Below, piece after piece: positions 8,984-18,843 of a DNA stretch of 36,607 nt. This DNA is from a virus, in IMG/VR virus record IMGVR_UViG_3300006217_000229. One strand, 5' to 3'. The position numbers were made by a program, and so were the translations under genes. Below the pieces are notes generated by a model. That model did not search any database. It saw only the letters and a list, made by a program, of their open reading frames with translations, and was not told the DNA's origin. The stretch's first letter is position 1, and each line of letters begins with the position of its first letter.

Positions 8984-9085
8984 ATGAAAAAGAAACTTAA
9001 ATACAAATTAAGAAGAATGCTATTCGCATATATACCATTCGTCTTGTTTTGGGATGGAATGTTTATATATACATTAATTAATTAA
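8984..9085 (+). CDS. Small basic membrane-associated protein
   Basis: MKKKLKYKLRRMLFAYIPFVLFWDGMFIYTLIN* after AAGGAG. Confidence 0.4.
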   Translation: MKKKLKYKLRRMLFAYIPFVLFWDGMFIYTLIN

Positions 9086-9093
9086 GAAAGGGA

Positions 9094-9348
9094 GTGATAA
9101 AAGTGCCAAAAGTTAATTTCTCAAAAATATTTAAAAAAGCAAAAGACATTTTAAATAAAGACAACACAATGATGCAATTTAAACTAGAAACAGTACAAGG
9201 CTTTTACAATATGAAAGACTGGAATAGTTGGTTAAAATTTAATGCTATGAATGGAAAACAGTTAAAACAAGCAGAAAAAGTCGATAGACAAATTAATTCT
9301 ATATTAGAAAAGCTATATGTTCCAGAGTACCAATCAGAAAACATATAG
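9094..9348 (+). CDS. Hypothetical phage protein
   Basis: ORF with upstream GGGAGTG. Confidence 0.5.
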   Translation: MIKVPKVNFSKIFKKAKDILNKDNTMMQFKLETVQGFYNMKDWNSWLKFNAMNGKQLKQAEKVDRQINSILEKLYVPEYQSENI

Positions 9349-9430
9349 CTAATAAGATAATTTAAATATCTATATTTATCTTATTTTATCATTAATTATA
9401 TCAAAAATCAAATTTTAGGAGGAAAAAATT

Positions 9431-9838
9431 ATGTTAGAAGAAGTTTTAAAATCAATTAATATAAATCTTGAAAGAATAGCAAACAGTCTAGAAAGGAACA
9501 CAACAAAGATTACGGCGAAAGGAATAGAACTGCCAATACCAGGGCAAATGAGTATAGAAGATGTTAAACCAGTAGGTGTAGAAGAGCCTAAGACTAATAC
9601 AGTACAAGCACCAAAGGTTGTAGAAGCTGCAACACCTGTAGTGCCAGTAGTGGCCCAAGTAGAAAGCTTTACACAAGAACAATTAGCAGTTGCGATGTCA
9701 AACGCAGTTAGTGCCGGAAAGATGGACATTATAACAGGTATCTTACAGAAATTTAATGTGCAAGCACTTACTCAAATAGATCCAAAAGACTACAATTCAT
9801 TAGCAGTAATGTTAAAAGAAGCAGGGGTGAAGATATAG
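9431..9838 (+). CDS. Hypothetical phage protein preceding DUF2800 gene
   Basis: ORF with AGGAGG RBS; overlaps the next start. Confidence 0.6.
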   Translation: MLEEVLKSININLERIANSLERNTTKITAKGIELPIPGQMSIEDVKPVGVEEPKTNTVQAPKVVEAATPVVPVVAQVESFTQEQLAVAMSNAVSAGKMDIITGILQKFNVQALTQIDPKDYNSLAVMLKEAGVKI

Positions 9839-11004
9839 TGGAAGATTTAAAACATGCAGTACTTTCTGCCAGTGGTAGTCACAAATGGCTAGTATGTACA
9901 CCTTCTGCTAGATTAGAAGAGAATTTTGAAAACAAAACAAGCAGCTATATGGCAGAAGGGACTCTTGCTCATCAAATAGCAGAATTTAAAGTAAGAAGTT
10001 ATTTTCTAGAACCAATACCTAAAGCTACATATACAAGAAGATTAAACAAGTTAAAAAAAGAAGAGTACTTTGATAAAGAAATGCTTACTCACACAGATAC
10101 ATATTTAGAATACATCAAAGGGATTGCGTTAGAAACCAATACAAAACCTTTTATAGCAGTTGAACAAAAAGTCGATTATAGTGATTATGCTCCAGAAGGA
10201 TTTGGAACAGCTGACTGCATACTTATATCTGGGAATGTTCTTAGAGTAATAGATTTTAAATACGGAAAAGGGGTAGAGGTATCAGCAGAGGAAAATCCAC
10301 AAATGAAACTATATGCATTAGGAGCACTAAAACAGTTTGGAATGTTTTACAACATTGAGTCCATAGAATTAAGTATTGTACAACCAAGAATAAATAATAT
10401 TTCAGAATTTACAATCTCTAAAGAAGAGCTACTAAATTGGGGCGAAACAATAGTAAAACCCCAAGCTCAAAAAGCATTTATGGGATTAGGAGAGTTTAAA
10501 CAAGGTGACCACTGTAAATTCTGTAGGGCAAAAGGAGCTTGCGAATTTAGAGCAAAAGAAAACATGAAGGTTGTAGAAGATGTAAAGCAAAAACAAATAA
10601 AAGGTCTCTTAAGCAACGAAGAAGTAGCAGAGGTTTTGAATAAGACTGAAGGACTAAATGATTGGATTAAGAGTGTATCAGAATATGCTTTAAATGAATT
10701 ATTGAAAGGGAATATCATTCCTGGTTATAAAGCAGTAGAAGGTAAAAGCAATAGAAAAATAGTTGATATAGATAAAGCATTTGAAATATTAGAAGCAAGT
10801 GGAATTGATGCAGCTTTATTATATGAAAGAAAACCGTTAACTTTAACACAATTAGAAAAAACAGTTGGTAAAAAACAAGTAGCAGAAACCATTGGAGATT
10901 ATATAGAAAAACCAAAAGGATCTCCAACATTAGCGAAAGAGTCAGATAAGAGACAATCTTATGAAGTAAAAACAAGTGCAGCACAGGATTTTGCAAATTT
11001 ATAA
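9838..11004 (+). CDS. DUF2800 / Cas4-RecB-like PD-(D/E)XK phage protein
   Basis: ASGSHKWLVCTPSARLEE...GTLAHQIAEFK...FGTADCILISGNVLRVIDFKYGKG...YALGAL. Confidence 0.85.
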   Translation: MEDLKHAVLSASGSHKWLVCTPSARLEENFENKTSSYMAEGTLAHQIAEFKVRSYFLEPIPKATYTRRLNKLKKEEYFDKEMLTHTDTYLEYIKGIALETNTKPFIAVEQKVDYSDYAPEGFGTADCILISGNVLRVIDFKYGKGVEVSAEENPQMKLYALGALKQFGMFYNIESIELSIVQPRINNISEFTISKEELLNWGETIVKPQAQKAFMGLGEFKQGDHCKFCRAKGACEFRAKENMKVVEDVKQKQIKGLLSNEEVAEVLNKTEGLNDWIKSVSEYALNELLKGNIIPGYKAVEGKSNRKIVDIDKAFEILEASGIDAALLYERKPLTLTQLEKTVGKKQVAETIGDYIEKPKGSPTLAKESDKRQSYEVKTSAAQDFANL

Positions 11005-11023
11005 AAATAGGAGGAAAAAAGTA

Positions 11024-11290
11024 ATGGAAAATAATGAATTAACAGATAGAGAAAAAATAAAAGGTTTAAGAATGATTACAGAAATGTTAGCCGAAGCATG
11101 TCCCGGTGAAGGATTTCCAAAATTAATGCTAACAAATATGGACGTTTCAGAACTGACACATAGAATTGAGAGTGCATCAGCAAAAAATAATAAATTAGCT
11201 GAGAAAGCGATCAATATTATGGGACAAATTAAGAATATATTACAAGATTTCATAGTTGAAAATAACATTGAGGGGGGGGGGAATAATTAA
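11024..11290 (+). CDS. Hypothetical phage protein ending in a G10 tract
   Basis: MENNELTDREKIKGLRMITEM...NNIEGGGNN*. Confidence 0.5.
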   Translation: MENNELTDREKIKGLRMITEMLAEACPGEGFPKLMLTNMDVSELTHRIESASAKNNKLAEKAINIMGQIKNILQDFIVENNIEGGGNN

Positions 11291-11469
11291 TGAGTACAAG
11301 ATCTACATTATTTCAAACACCTACTGTTGAAGTAGACCAATATAGATATGAAGAATTAATCAAAAATGAACAGAAATATGAACAATATAAAGCATGTGCA
11401 GATACACAAATAAAAGCTATCATAGAATCTGAAGAAATAGATGATGAAAATGAAAGAGAGGAAAAGTAA
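11290..11469 (+). CDS. Small hypothetical protein
   Basis: MSTRSTLFQTPTVEVDQYRYEELIKNEQKYEQYKACADTQIKAIIESEEIDDENEREEK*. Confidence 0.5.
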   Translation: MSTRSTLFQTPTVEVDQYRYEELIKNEQKYEQYKACADTQIKAIIESEEIDDENEREEK

Positions 11470-11470
11470 T

Positions 11471-11743
11471 ATGAGAGAAACAGTTATATTAAAAATATCA
11501 AGTAAATCAGAACCTGCAAAAGTTGCGGGATCAATAGCAGCAATGCTAAAAGAAAATAAGAATGTGGAATTACAAGCAATAGGCGCAGGAGCAATTAATC
11601 AATCCGTAAAAGCTATTGCGACAGTAAGAGGGTATGTGGCACCAATAGGAATAAACCTAAGTTGTATACCAGCATTTACTGATGTAGAAGTAGAGGATGA
11701 AGAGAGAACAGGAATCAAATTTATTTTAAAGGAGGACAAATAA
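11471..11743 (+). CDS. SpoVS-like (stage V sporulation protein S family) protein
   Basis: ILKISSKSEPAKVAGSIAAMLKENKNVELQAIGAGAINQSVKAIATVRGYVAPIGINLSCIPAFTDVEVEDEERTGIKFIL matches the SpoVS signature. Confidence 0.85.
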   Translation: MRETVILKISSKSEPAKVAGSIAAMLKENKNVELQAIGAGAINQSVKAIATVRGYVAPIGINLSCIPAFTDVEVEDEERTGIKFILKEDK

Positions 11744-12406
11744 ATGAGTTTAGTAGTAGGAGAAGTAAGATTTAGTTATGTTAGTGCTTTTGAGCCTAGA
11801 TTAACACCAAATGGGGATGAGAGATTTTCAGTTACTCTATTAGTACCAAAATCAAATACAGAAGCATATCAAAATATAATGAATGAAATACAAAAGTGTT
11901 TACAAGAAAATATAGCAACAACTTTTAAGGGAGTTGCTCCAGCAAATCCAAGATTACCAATTTATGATGGGGACGGAGTTCGTGAAAGTGGAGAGCCATT
12001 TGGGGAAGAGTGCAAAGGGCATTGGGTAATTTCAGCAAAATCAAATACAGGACCAGAAGTTGTAGATGCTAATCTTAATCCAATTATAAGCAAAGCAGAG
12101 TTCTATAGCGGATGTTATGGTAGAGCAAGTATAAGATTTTATGCATATAATCAAAATGGAAATAAAGGTATAGGATGCGGTTTAGGAAACTTACAAAAAT
12201 TAAGAGACGGACAACCTTTAGATGGAAGAACATCTGCAAAAGAAGATTTTGGAGCTTTCACACAACCAGCACCACAAATGCCACAGTATCAACAGCCTAT
12301 GCAACCAGCAACCCCAAATTATCAAATTGACCCAATAACAGGACAACCTATTGTTCCTCAAACGAACATGGTAAATCCTTTAAATAATATTTACGGGGTG
12401 AATTAG
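11744..12406 (+). CDS. DUF2815 phage protein (ssDNA-binding-like)
   Basis: RFSYVSAFEPRLTPNGDERFSVTLLVPKSNTEAYQNI...YSGCYGRASIRFYAYNQNGNKGIGCGLGNLQKLRDGQPLDGR. Confidence 0.8.
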   Translation: MSLVVGEVRFSYVSAFEPRLTPNGDERFSVTLLVPKSNTEAYQNIMNEIQKCLQENIATTFKGVAPANPRLPIYDGDGVRESGEPFGEECKGHWVISAKSNTGPEVVDANLNPIISKAEFYSGCYGRASIRFYAYNQNGNKGIGCGLGNLQKLRDGQPLDGRTSAKEDFGAFTQPAPQMPQYQQPMQPATPNYQIDPITGQPIVPQTNMVNPLNNIYGVN

Positions 12407-14368
12407 ATGAGAGAACTATCAATAGATATAGAGACTTACTCTTCTGTTGATATTCGGAAAATCAGGATTGTATAAGTATGTACAATCAAAAGACTTTGAA
12501 ATTCTTTTATTTGCCTATGCATTTGATAATGAGCAGGTAAAAATAATAGATTTAGCACAAGGAGAGCAGTTACCAGATGAATTAGTAACTGCTCTTTCTG
12601 ATAAGAGTGTTATAAAGACGGCATATAATGCAGCATTTGAATGGTATTGTTTGAATAAGTTTTGGAAAAGTCCAATAAATCAATGGCGATGCACAATGGT
12701 AAAAGGTCTCTATTCACGGTTACCCAGCAGGTTTGAAAGCAATAGGAAATGCAATGGGCTTATCTGAAGATAAGAAAAAGTTAGCAACAGGTACAGCTTT
12801 AATTAGATACTTTTGTGTTCCGTGTAAACCTACAAAAAGAAATGGAGGTAGAATTAGAAATTTACCTAAACATGAACCTGAAAAATGGAACCTATTTAAA
12901 CAGTATTGCTTACAAGATGTTGTAACAGAAAGAACTATAAAAAAAGAGTTAGAAAGTGTTAATTTTCCGAAATCTGAACAAGAACTATGGCAAATAGATA
13001 TGGCAATGAATGCCTATGGGGTAAAGATAGATAGACAACTTGTAGACGGGGCATTAAGTATAGCAGGTGTAAGAACTGAAGAATTATTATTAGAAGCTCA
13101 AGAACTATCTGGGTTAGATAATCCAAACAGTGTAGCACAATTAAAAGAATGGCTAGAAGGAGAAACAGGAAATGAAATCACAAGCCTTAACAAGAAAGAT
13201 GTACCTAAACTTATTGAGAATACTAATTCTGAAAAAGTAAAACGAATGCTTGAAATAAGACAAGAGCTTTCTAAGACCAGTACGAAAAAATATGATGCGA
13301 TGAATATAGCTATGGGAGAAGATGATAGAGTAAGAGGATTATTACAATTTTATGGAGCCAATAGAACAGGTAGATGGGCTGGTCGATTGGTACAGGTACA
13401 AAATTTACCACAAAATCATTTAGATACACTCTCATTCGCACGAGAATTAGTTAAGAACAAAAATTTAGATGCAATTAGGGTTGTTTATCGGCAACATACC
13501 GAGTACTCTGTCACAATTAATTAGAACAGCTTTTATTGCTACAGAAAATCATACTTTTGCTGTTGCAGATTATAGTGCAATAGAAGCAAGAGTAATCAGC
13601 TGGCTAGCCGAAGAACAATGGAGATTAGATGTGTTTAGAACACATGGCAGAATATATGAAGCCTCAGCATCTCAAATGTTTGGAGTACCAATTGAAAAGA
13701 TAAAAAAAGGTAACCCAGAGTATGAGTTAAGACAAAAAGGAAAAGTAGCAGAATTAGCTCTAGGGTACCAAGGAGGACCAGGAGCATTAATCCAAATGGG
13801 GGCATTAGACAAGGGGCTAAGTGAAGAGGAATTACCAGAGATAGTCCAAAGATGGAGAAGTTCAAATAGAAGAATAGTAGATTTATGGCATACTGTACAA
13901 AATTGTACAATTAACTGTTTAAAGACTGGACAAACTCAGGCTATGCAAAAAGGCATATACTTTTCTATTGAAAATGGAAATTTAGCAATTACATTACCAA
14001 GCAAACGACAATTATTCTATATAAAACCGCAGCTTGAAATAAATCAATATGGAAGAGAATCATTAATATACATGGGGCAAAATCAGACAACAAAAAAATG
14101 GGAAAAGATACCTACATATGGAGGAAAATTAACAGAAAATATTGTACAAGCTATTGCTAGAGATTGTCTAGCAGAGGGACTTAAAAATTTAGTAAGTGCA
14201 GGGTATAGACCTTTATTTCATATACATGATGAGATTATTGCAGAAGTACCAAAAGAATGTGCAAGATTAGATAAGATGATAGAACTTATGTGTAAAGTAC
14301 CAGAATGGGCTGAGGGACTACCATTGAATGCAGATGGATTCACATCAGATTATTATAAAAAAGAATAA
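12407..14368 (+). CDS. Phage family A DNA polymerase; recoded at CGG 12455, 12717, 13489
   Basis: Conceptual product MRELSIDIETYSSVDIGKSGLYKYVQ...CTMVKGLYSGYPAGLKAIGNAMGL...DAIRVVYGNIPSTLSQLIRTAFIATENHTFAVADYSAIEARVISWLAEE...HDEIIAE. Confidence 0.95.
12455..12458 (+). other. CGGA recoding site 9 (DNA polymerase), P-site codon ATT
   Basis: 0 frame VDIRKIRIV* ; minus C gives DIETYSSVDIGKSGLYKY. Confidence 0.95.
12717..12720 (+). other. CGGT recoding site 10 (DNA polymerase), P-site codon TCA
   Basis: 0 frame LYSRLPSRFESNRKCNGLI* ; minus C gives GLYSGYPAGLKAIGNAMGL. Confidence 0.95.
13489..13492 (+). other. CGGC recoding site 11 (DNA polymerase), P-site codon TAT
   Basis: 0 frame VVYRQHTEYSVTIN* ; minus C gives VVYGNIPSTLSQLIRTAFI. 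Confidence 0.97.
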
Positions 14369-14376
14369 ATAAGAAG

Positions 14377-14622
14377 GTGAAAAAAATGATTAAAGAGTAC
14401 GCAATCTATAAAGGTGAAAATCAAATATTTGTAGGAACTATAGAAGAGTGCATGAAACACTTTAATGTGAAAAGAGAAACAGTCCATTTTTGGGCCTGCC
14501 CTGCAAATAAAAAAAGAGCTGATACTGGAGCAAGACCGGGGACAAAACCACGTAAAAAAGAATGCTCAGGAGTTAAAGTAGCTGTAAGACTATGGGAGGA
14601 GGATGACGATTTAGATGCTTAA
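14377..14622 (+). CDS. Hypothetical phage protein
   Basis: MKKMIKEYAIYKGENQIFVGTIEECMKHFNVKRETVHFWACPANKKRAD... Confidence 0.55.
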   Translation: MKKMIKEYAIYKGENQIFVGTIEECMKHFNVKRETVHFWACPANKKRADTGARPGTKPRKKECSGVKVAVRLWEEDDDLDA

Positions 14623-14791
14623 AGGAATAACTATAGAGAAAGCTAAACAAAATTTACAAGAAATAATTGAATTAAGTAAAAATGAAATAGAAATACAAGA
14701 TGAAAATGTAACAGCAGTATTAGATTTAAAAGATTTAACAAGTTTATCAGTAGTATTAGCAGAATTAGAAAGATTAAAAGAAGGAGAATAG
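14615..14791 (+). CDS. Small hypothetical protein
   Basis: MLKGITIEKAKQNLQEIIELSKNEIEIQDENVTAVLDLKDLTSLSVVLAELERLKEGE*. Confidence 0.5.
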   Translation: MLKGITIEKAKQNLQEIIELSKNEIEIQDENVTAVLDLKDLTSLSVVLAELERLKEGE

Positions 14792-14793
14792 AT

Positions 14794-14937
14794 ATGAAAA
14801 TTATAAAATTAATAATATGTATAATAAATTTAATAGCATGTTTCACATTTTTTAAGTTTGAAAGTATAGATAAGAAAATATCTAGTATTGCATTAATAAT
14901 TGAAACGATAGGAGTATTTATATTATTTTTAATATAA
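14794..14937 (+). CDS. Small membrane protein
   Basis: MKIIKLIICIINLIACFTFFKFESIDKKISSIALIIETIGVFILFLI*. Confidence 0.4.
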   Translation: MKIIKLIICIINLIACFTFFKFESIDKKISSIALIIETIGVFILFLI

Positions 14938-14951
14938 AGAGGAGAGTAGAT

Positions 14952-15233
14952 ATGGAATTAATAAAAAATATATTATTTTATACAGCAACAATTAGTGGAA
15001 GTATTTGCATAATATTATTGTTTTTATGTGCAGTATATAAATGTTTTTGTATATTTTTAGACCATTGTAAAAATGCAAATGTATTAAGAAAATGTATACA
15101 AATATACATTAAAAGAAATAGACCAGATATTAAAATAGAATTAGAAAATATTGATATAGCAAAAAACGGAATACATAGAAATAAAGGAGGCTTAAACCAT
15201 GAGTGTCAAAGGAAAGTTAAAAAAATGCAATAA
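14952..15233 (+). CDS. Hypothetical membrane protein
   Basis: ORF with AGGAGAG upstream, N-terminal TM. Confidence 0.45.
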   Translation: MELIKNILFYTATISGSICIILLFLCAVYKCFCIFLDHCKNANVLRKCIQIYIKRNRPDIKIELENIDIAKNGIHRNKGGLNHECQRKVKKMQ

Positions 15234-15489
15234 AAGAATAGAAGATCTTGAAAAAGAAATAAGTAAGTTAAGAGAAAATGTACATATCAAAACTGCAGAA
15301 AATTCAAGCAGAGAGCAGCTATATGAAAATATAATAAAGTTTGCAATAACTAATCATTTAGGTGGACTTAAAGGAGGTATAGCAGTAGATGAGGTCTCAA
15401 TATATAAAATGAAGGATTTATATTTAGATATAGATCATAGTCATGTAATACCTGCTTATGTGATGAGAGTTGTACCTAAATATTATTAA
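15199..15489 (+). CDS. Hypothetical phage protein
   Basis: MSVKGKLKKCNKRIEDLEKEISKLRENVHIKTAENSSREQLYENIIKFAITNHLGG... Confidence 0.45.
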   Translation: MSVKGKLKKCNKRIEDLEKEISKLRENVHIKTAENSSREQLYENIIKFAITNHLGGLKGGIAVDEVSIYKMKDLYLDIDHSHVIPAYVMRVVPKYY

Positions 15490-15505
15490 AGGAGGAAGAG
15501 TAAAT

Positions 15506-17962
15506 GTGCAAAACAATAAGAAGTTAACAATATCAGTGGCCAATAATAGGAAGTCAACGAATTGGATTTCACAAGAAATATTATGGTCAGATTTTATAAA
15601 TAGATTAAATAACCCCACTGTAACAAATGAAACCTTCGAGCAATTTATGAAAATGAAAAAGTCACAACAAGATCAGCTAAAAGATGTCGGAGGATTTGTA
15701 GGTGGAGCTCTAAAAGATAATAGACGTAAAGCATCAAATGTATTAAACAGATGTCTAATTACATTAGATGCAGACAGTATTGAAGCTGGACAAACTCAAA
15801 AGATACTGAATTTAGTTAGTGGTCTAGGTTGTAGCTATGCGCTATATTCTACTAGAAAACATAGCTCATTTAAACCAAGACTTAGAATAATAATTCCATT
15901 AGATAGAATAGTTACTGCAGAAGAATATGAGCCAATAGCAAGAAAGATTGCAAGTTTTATCGATATGGGAATAATGGATCCAAGTACATTTGAAGCTTCA
16001 AGGCTTATGTACTGGCCAAGTTGTTCAAAAGATAGTGAGTTTGTATTCAAATATGAAGATAAACCTTTTGCATCTGCAGATGGACTACTAAGTATGTATA
16101 AGAACTGGAAAGACATAGAGGAATGGCCAAAGATTGCAAACGAACCTGAGCTCGTGAGAAGAGAGCTAGCAAAACAAAAAGATCCATTATTAAAAGAAAA
16201 CATAGTTGGGGCCTTTTGTAAAACATATGACATCCCTAGTGTAATTGATAAGTATTTATCTCATATATATGAGCACGGAGATAAAGCAGATAAATATACA
16301 TACGTAGAAGGCTCAGTAGCAAATGGGGCAACCGTGTATGGAGAAGGTAAATGGTTATATAGTTTCCATGCAACAGACCCAGCAAGTAAAATATTATGCA
16401 ATAGCTTTGATCTCGTTAGAATCCATATATATGGTGATTTGGATGATGAGGCAAAAGAAGGGACACCAAGTTCACAGCTACCAAGTTATAAGGCTATGTG
16501 TCAATTTGCATTAGAAGATGCAGAAGTTGAGAAAATGTTTAAACAAGAGAGATTCGGAAAAGCAATACAGGAATTTACAGTAGAAGGCCCAGAAAATAAT
16601 ACTAAAATTTTAGAACAAGAAGAAATGGACTGGACATCAAAGCTCAAAATGACTCAGGACGGAAATTTAGCTAAGAGTGCAAGTAATGCCTTGGTTATAT
16701 TGGAAAATGACCCTAATTTAAAAAATAAGCTTATATTTGACCGCTTTACAGGTAGGTTTTTAATAAAAGATAAACTACCATGGGATTATAGAAAATTTGG
16801 AGAGAGATTGTGGTCAGATGAAGATGAGGCGTGCTTAAGAAATTATTTAGATAGCACTTACAATTTTAAAGCACCTGCGCTTATAAGAGATGCTTTGTGT
16901 GAGTTAAAAAGAAAAAACTCTACAAATGTAGTACAAGACTATTTTAATACTCTTAAGTGGGATGGAAAGCCAAGATTAGATACTTTATTAATAGATTACC
17001 TAGGTGCTGAGAATAGTAACTATACAAAAGCTATAACAAGAAAAGCATTTGTCGCTGCAGTAACAAGAGCGATGACAGAACAAGCAATTAAATTTGACAA
17101 CATGATAATACTAACTGGGCCACAAGGAATAGGCAAAAGTACATTGCTTGCTAAATTAGGAAAGAACTGGTTTACAGACAATATTATAGATTTTAATAAT
17201 AAAGATACATTATTAATAATGCAACAGTGCTTAATCATAGAAGTACCAGAGCTACAAGGATTTAATAAGGCAGATAGTAATAGATTAAAGCAGTTCATGA
17301 GCTTGAAAGTAGATACGTTCAGGGCACCGTACGACAGAGAGGCAAAAGAATACCCTAGACACTGTATATTTTTTGGTACTACAAATGATAGTGAATTTTT
17401 AAAAGATAGAACAGGAAATAGAAGGTATTGGCCAGTAGAATGTATGTACCAAAAACCAATAAAGAATGTGTTTAAAGACCTCGAGGGAGAAGTAGATCAG
17501 ATTTGGGCAGAAGCAATTGCAAGGTTTAGAGTTGGAGAAAAATTATACTTAGAAGGTGAAGTAGAAACACAGGCCGTGTCACATCAAGAAATGCACAGAG
17601 AAAGGCATCCTTGGGAAGGCCCAATTAGGGAGTTTGTCTGTCAGAAAGTTACAAGGGATTGGTTACAAGTTAAGATTTTAACGAGAAAAACTTTTAGTGC
17701 TTCAAATGAAAACGATTTAATTGATAGAGATAGAATATGTGCAGCAGAGGTGTGGTGTGAGTGTTTAGGAAATGATTTAAAAAACATGAAAATATCAGAC
17801 TCAAAAGTAATAAATGATATTTTAGAACATTTAAAATTTGAAGATAGGATGTTAACAAAATCTAATTTAAGATTTGGAAATGAGTATGGAACTCAAAGGG
17901 GGTTTAAGATTCTTTACAAGTCGAATCAGCTGCATGCAGACAAGTTTCTTAAACAAGGTTGA
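15506..17962 (+). CDS. Virulence-associated E (VapE) family primase-helicase
   Basis: LITLDADSIE...; DNMIILTGPQGIGKSTLLAKLGKNWFTD...NTLL..MQQCLIIEVPELQGFNKADSNRLKQFMSLKVDTFRAPYDREAKEYPRHCIFFGTTNDSEFLKDRTGNRRYWPVEC; GTG start after AGGAGGA; no in-frame CGG. Confidence 0.93.
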   Translation: MQNNKKLTISVANNRKSTNWISQEILWSDFINRLNNPTVTNETFEQFMKMKKSQQDQLKDVGGFVGGALKDNRRKASNVLNRCLITLDADSIEAGQTQKILNLVSGLGCSYALYSTRKHSSFKPRLRIIIPLDRIVTAEEYEPIARKIASFIDMGIMDPSTFEASRLMYWPSCSKDSEFVFKYEDKPFASADGLLSMYKNWKDIEEWPKIANEPELVRRELAKQKDPLLKENIVGAFCKTYDIPSVIDKYLSHIYEHGDKADKYTYVEGSVANGATVYGEGKWLYSFHATDPASKILCNSFDLVRIHIYGDLDDEAKEGTPSSQLPSYKAMCQFALEDAEVEKMFKQERFGKAIQEFTVEGPENNTKILEQEEMDWTSKLKMTQDGNLAKSASNALVILENDPNLKNKLIFDRFTGRFLIKDKLPWDYRKFGERLWSDEDEACLRNYLDSTYNFKAPALIRDALCELKRKNSTNVVQDYFNTLKWDGKPRLDTLLIDYLGAENSNYTKAITRKAFVAAVTRAMTEQAIKFDNMIILTGPQGIGKSTLLAKLGKNWFTDNIIDFNNKDTLLIMQQCLIIEVPELQGFNKADSNRLKQFMSLKVDTFRAPYDREAKEYPRHCIFFGTTNDSEFLKDRTGNRRYWPVECMYQKPIKNVFKDLEGEVDQIWAEAIARFRVGEKLYLEGEVETQAVSHQEMHRERHPWEGPIREFVCQKVTRDWLQVKILTRKTFSASNENDLIDRDRICAAEVWCECLGNDLKNMKISDSKVINDILEHLKFEDRMLTKSNLRFGNEYGTQRGFKILYKSNQLHADKFLKQG

Positions 17963-17969
17963 CAAATAA

Positions 17970-18212
17970 TAAGTAAACGTTAACACATTTGTTGACACAA
18001 AATACGTTGAAATATAAACGAATATTAAGTGTTGTTAACAATGTTAATAAAATATTACTTTAAATATTAAAAATAAGAAATTATAAAAACAGGCGTGCGT
18101 AACGCACCTACATATATGCACACGTAAGGGAAAAAATGTTAATTTTGTCAACAAACAATTAAAAGCGTTGATATATCAAGGAAAAGTGCGTTAACAGTCT
18201 TTGTTAACATTA
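17970..18212 (+). promoter_or_regulatory. Non-coding region with several GTTAACA/TGTTAAC-type inverted repeats
   Basis: gttaacacatttgttgac; gttgttaacaatgttaa; tgttaattttgtcaaca; gttaacagtctttgttaac; also gtgcgTAAcgcac. Confidence 0.5.
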
Positions 18213-18228
18213 GAAGGGAGATAAAAAA

Positions 18229-18537
18229 ATGATAATAGTAGATCAAGATAAAAAGGAGATTACAAATTTTGATAATATGATGGCTATAGATGTTTTAGAT
18301 TGTAAAGAAGATGGATTTTTAATTTCTGCAGCATTCTTAATAGGAATAGATGGTATTTATAGAGAACTAGGATATTACAAAACAGAAGAAAGAGCAAAGG
18401 AAGTATTACACGAAATAGTAAAAGAGTATTCCAGTTATTTAGAATTAAGAGGTGGACCTGCAGTTTTAAAGGGAACATCTGATGTGCAACCTAATATATT
18501 TAGCATACCAAAAGTATATGAAATGCCTAAAGAGTAG
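18229..18537 (+). CDS. Hypothetical phage protein
   Basis: MIIVDQDKKEITNFDNMMAIDVL... Confidence 0.55.
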   Translation: MIIVDQDKKEITNFDNMMAIDVLDCKEDGFLISAAFLIGIDGIYRELGYYKTEERAKEVLHEIVKEYSSYLELRGGPAVLKGTSDVQPNIFSIPKVYEMPKE

Positions 18538-18551
18538 GAGGAACAAAAAGA

Positions 18552-18842
18552 ATGTTAGAAAAGGAATTAGAAAAAAAGTTAGTAGATAAAGTAAAACAAA
18601 AAGGTGGACGAGCATATAAATTTATTTCTCCAGGAAATTCTGGAGTACCAGATAGATTAGTTGTACTTCCAAAAGGAAAAGTAGGGTTTGCAGAAATGAA
18701 AAAAAGTCCTTCAGAAAGACCAACAGCATTACAGAAAGCACAGATTAGATTTTTAAATAGTTTAGGGTGCTTTGCCCAGGTAGTCAATTCTGAAGAAGCA
18801 ATAGAGTCCTTCCTAGAAACCTTAGAGAAATGGGGTAACTAA
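18552..18842 (+). CDS. VRR-NUC domain nuclease
   Basis: LVDKVKQKGGRAYKFISPGNSGVPDRLVVLPKGKVGFAEMKKSPSERPTALQKAQIRFLNSLG. Confidence 0.9.
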   Translation: MLEKELEKKLVDKVKQKGGRAYKFISPGNSGVPDRLVVLPKGKVGFAEMKKSPSERPTALQKAQIRFLNSLGCFAQVVNSEEAIESFLETLEKWGN

Positions 18843-18843
18843 T

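Noticed and set aside
9838-11743. DUF2800 (Cas4/RecB-like) plus neighbours as a defence system
   Set aside because: This gene order with DUF2815, PolA, VapE, VRR-NUC and SNF2 is a common Firmicutes phage replication module.
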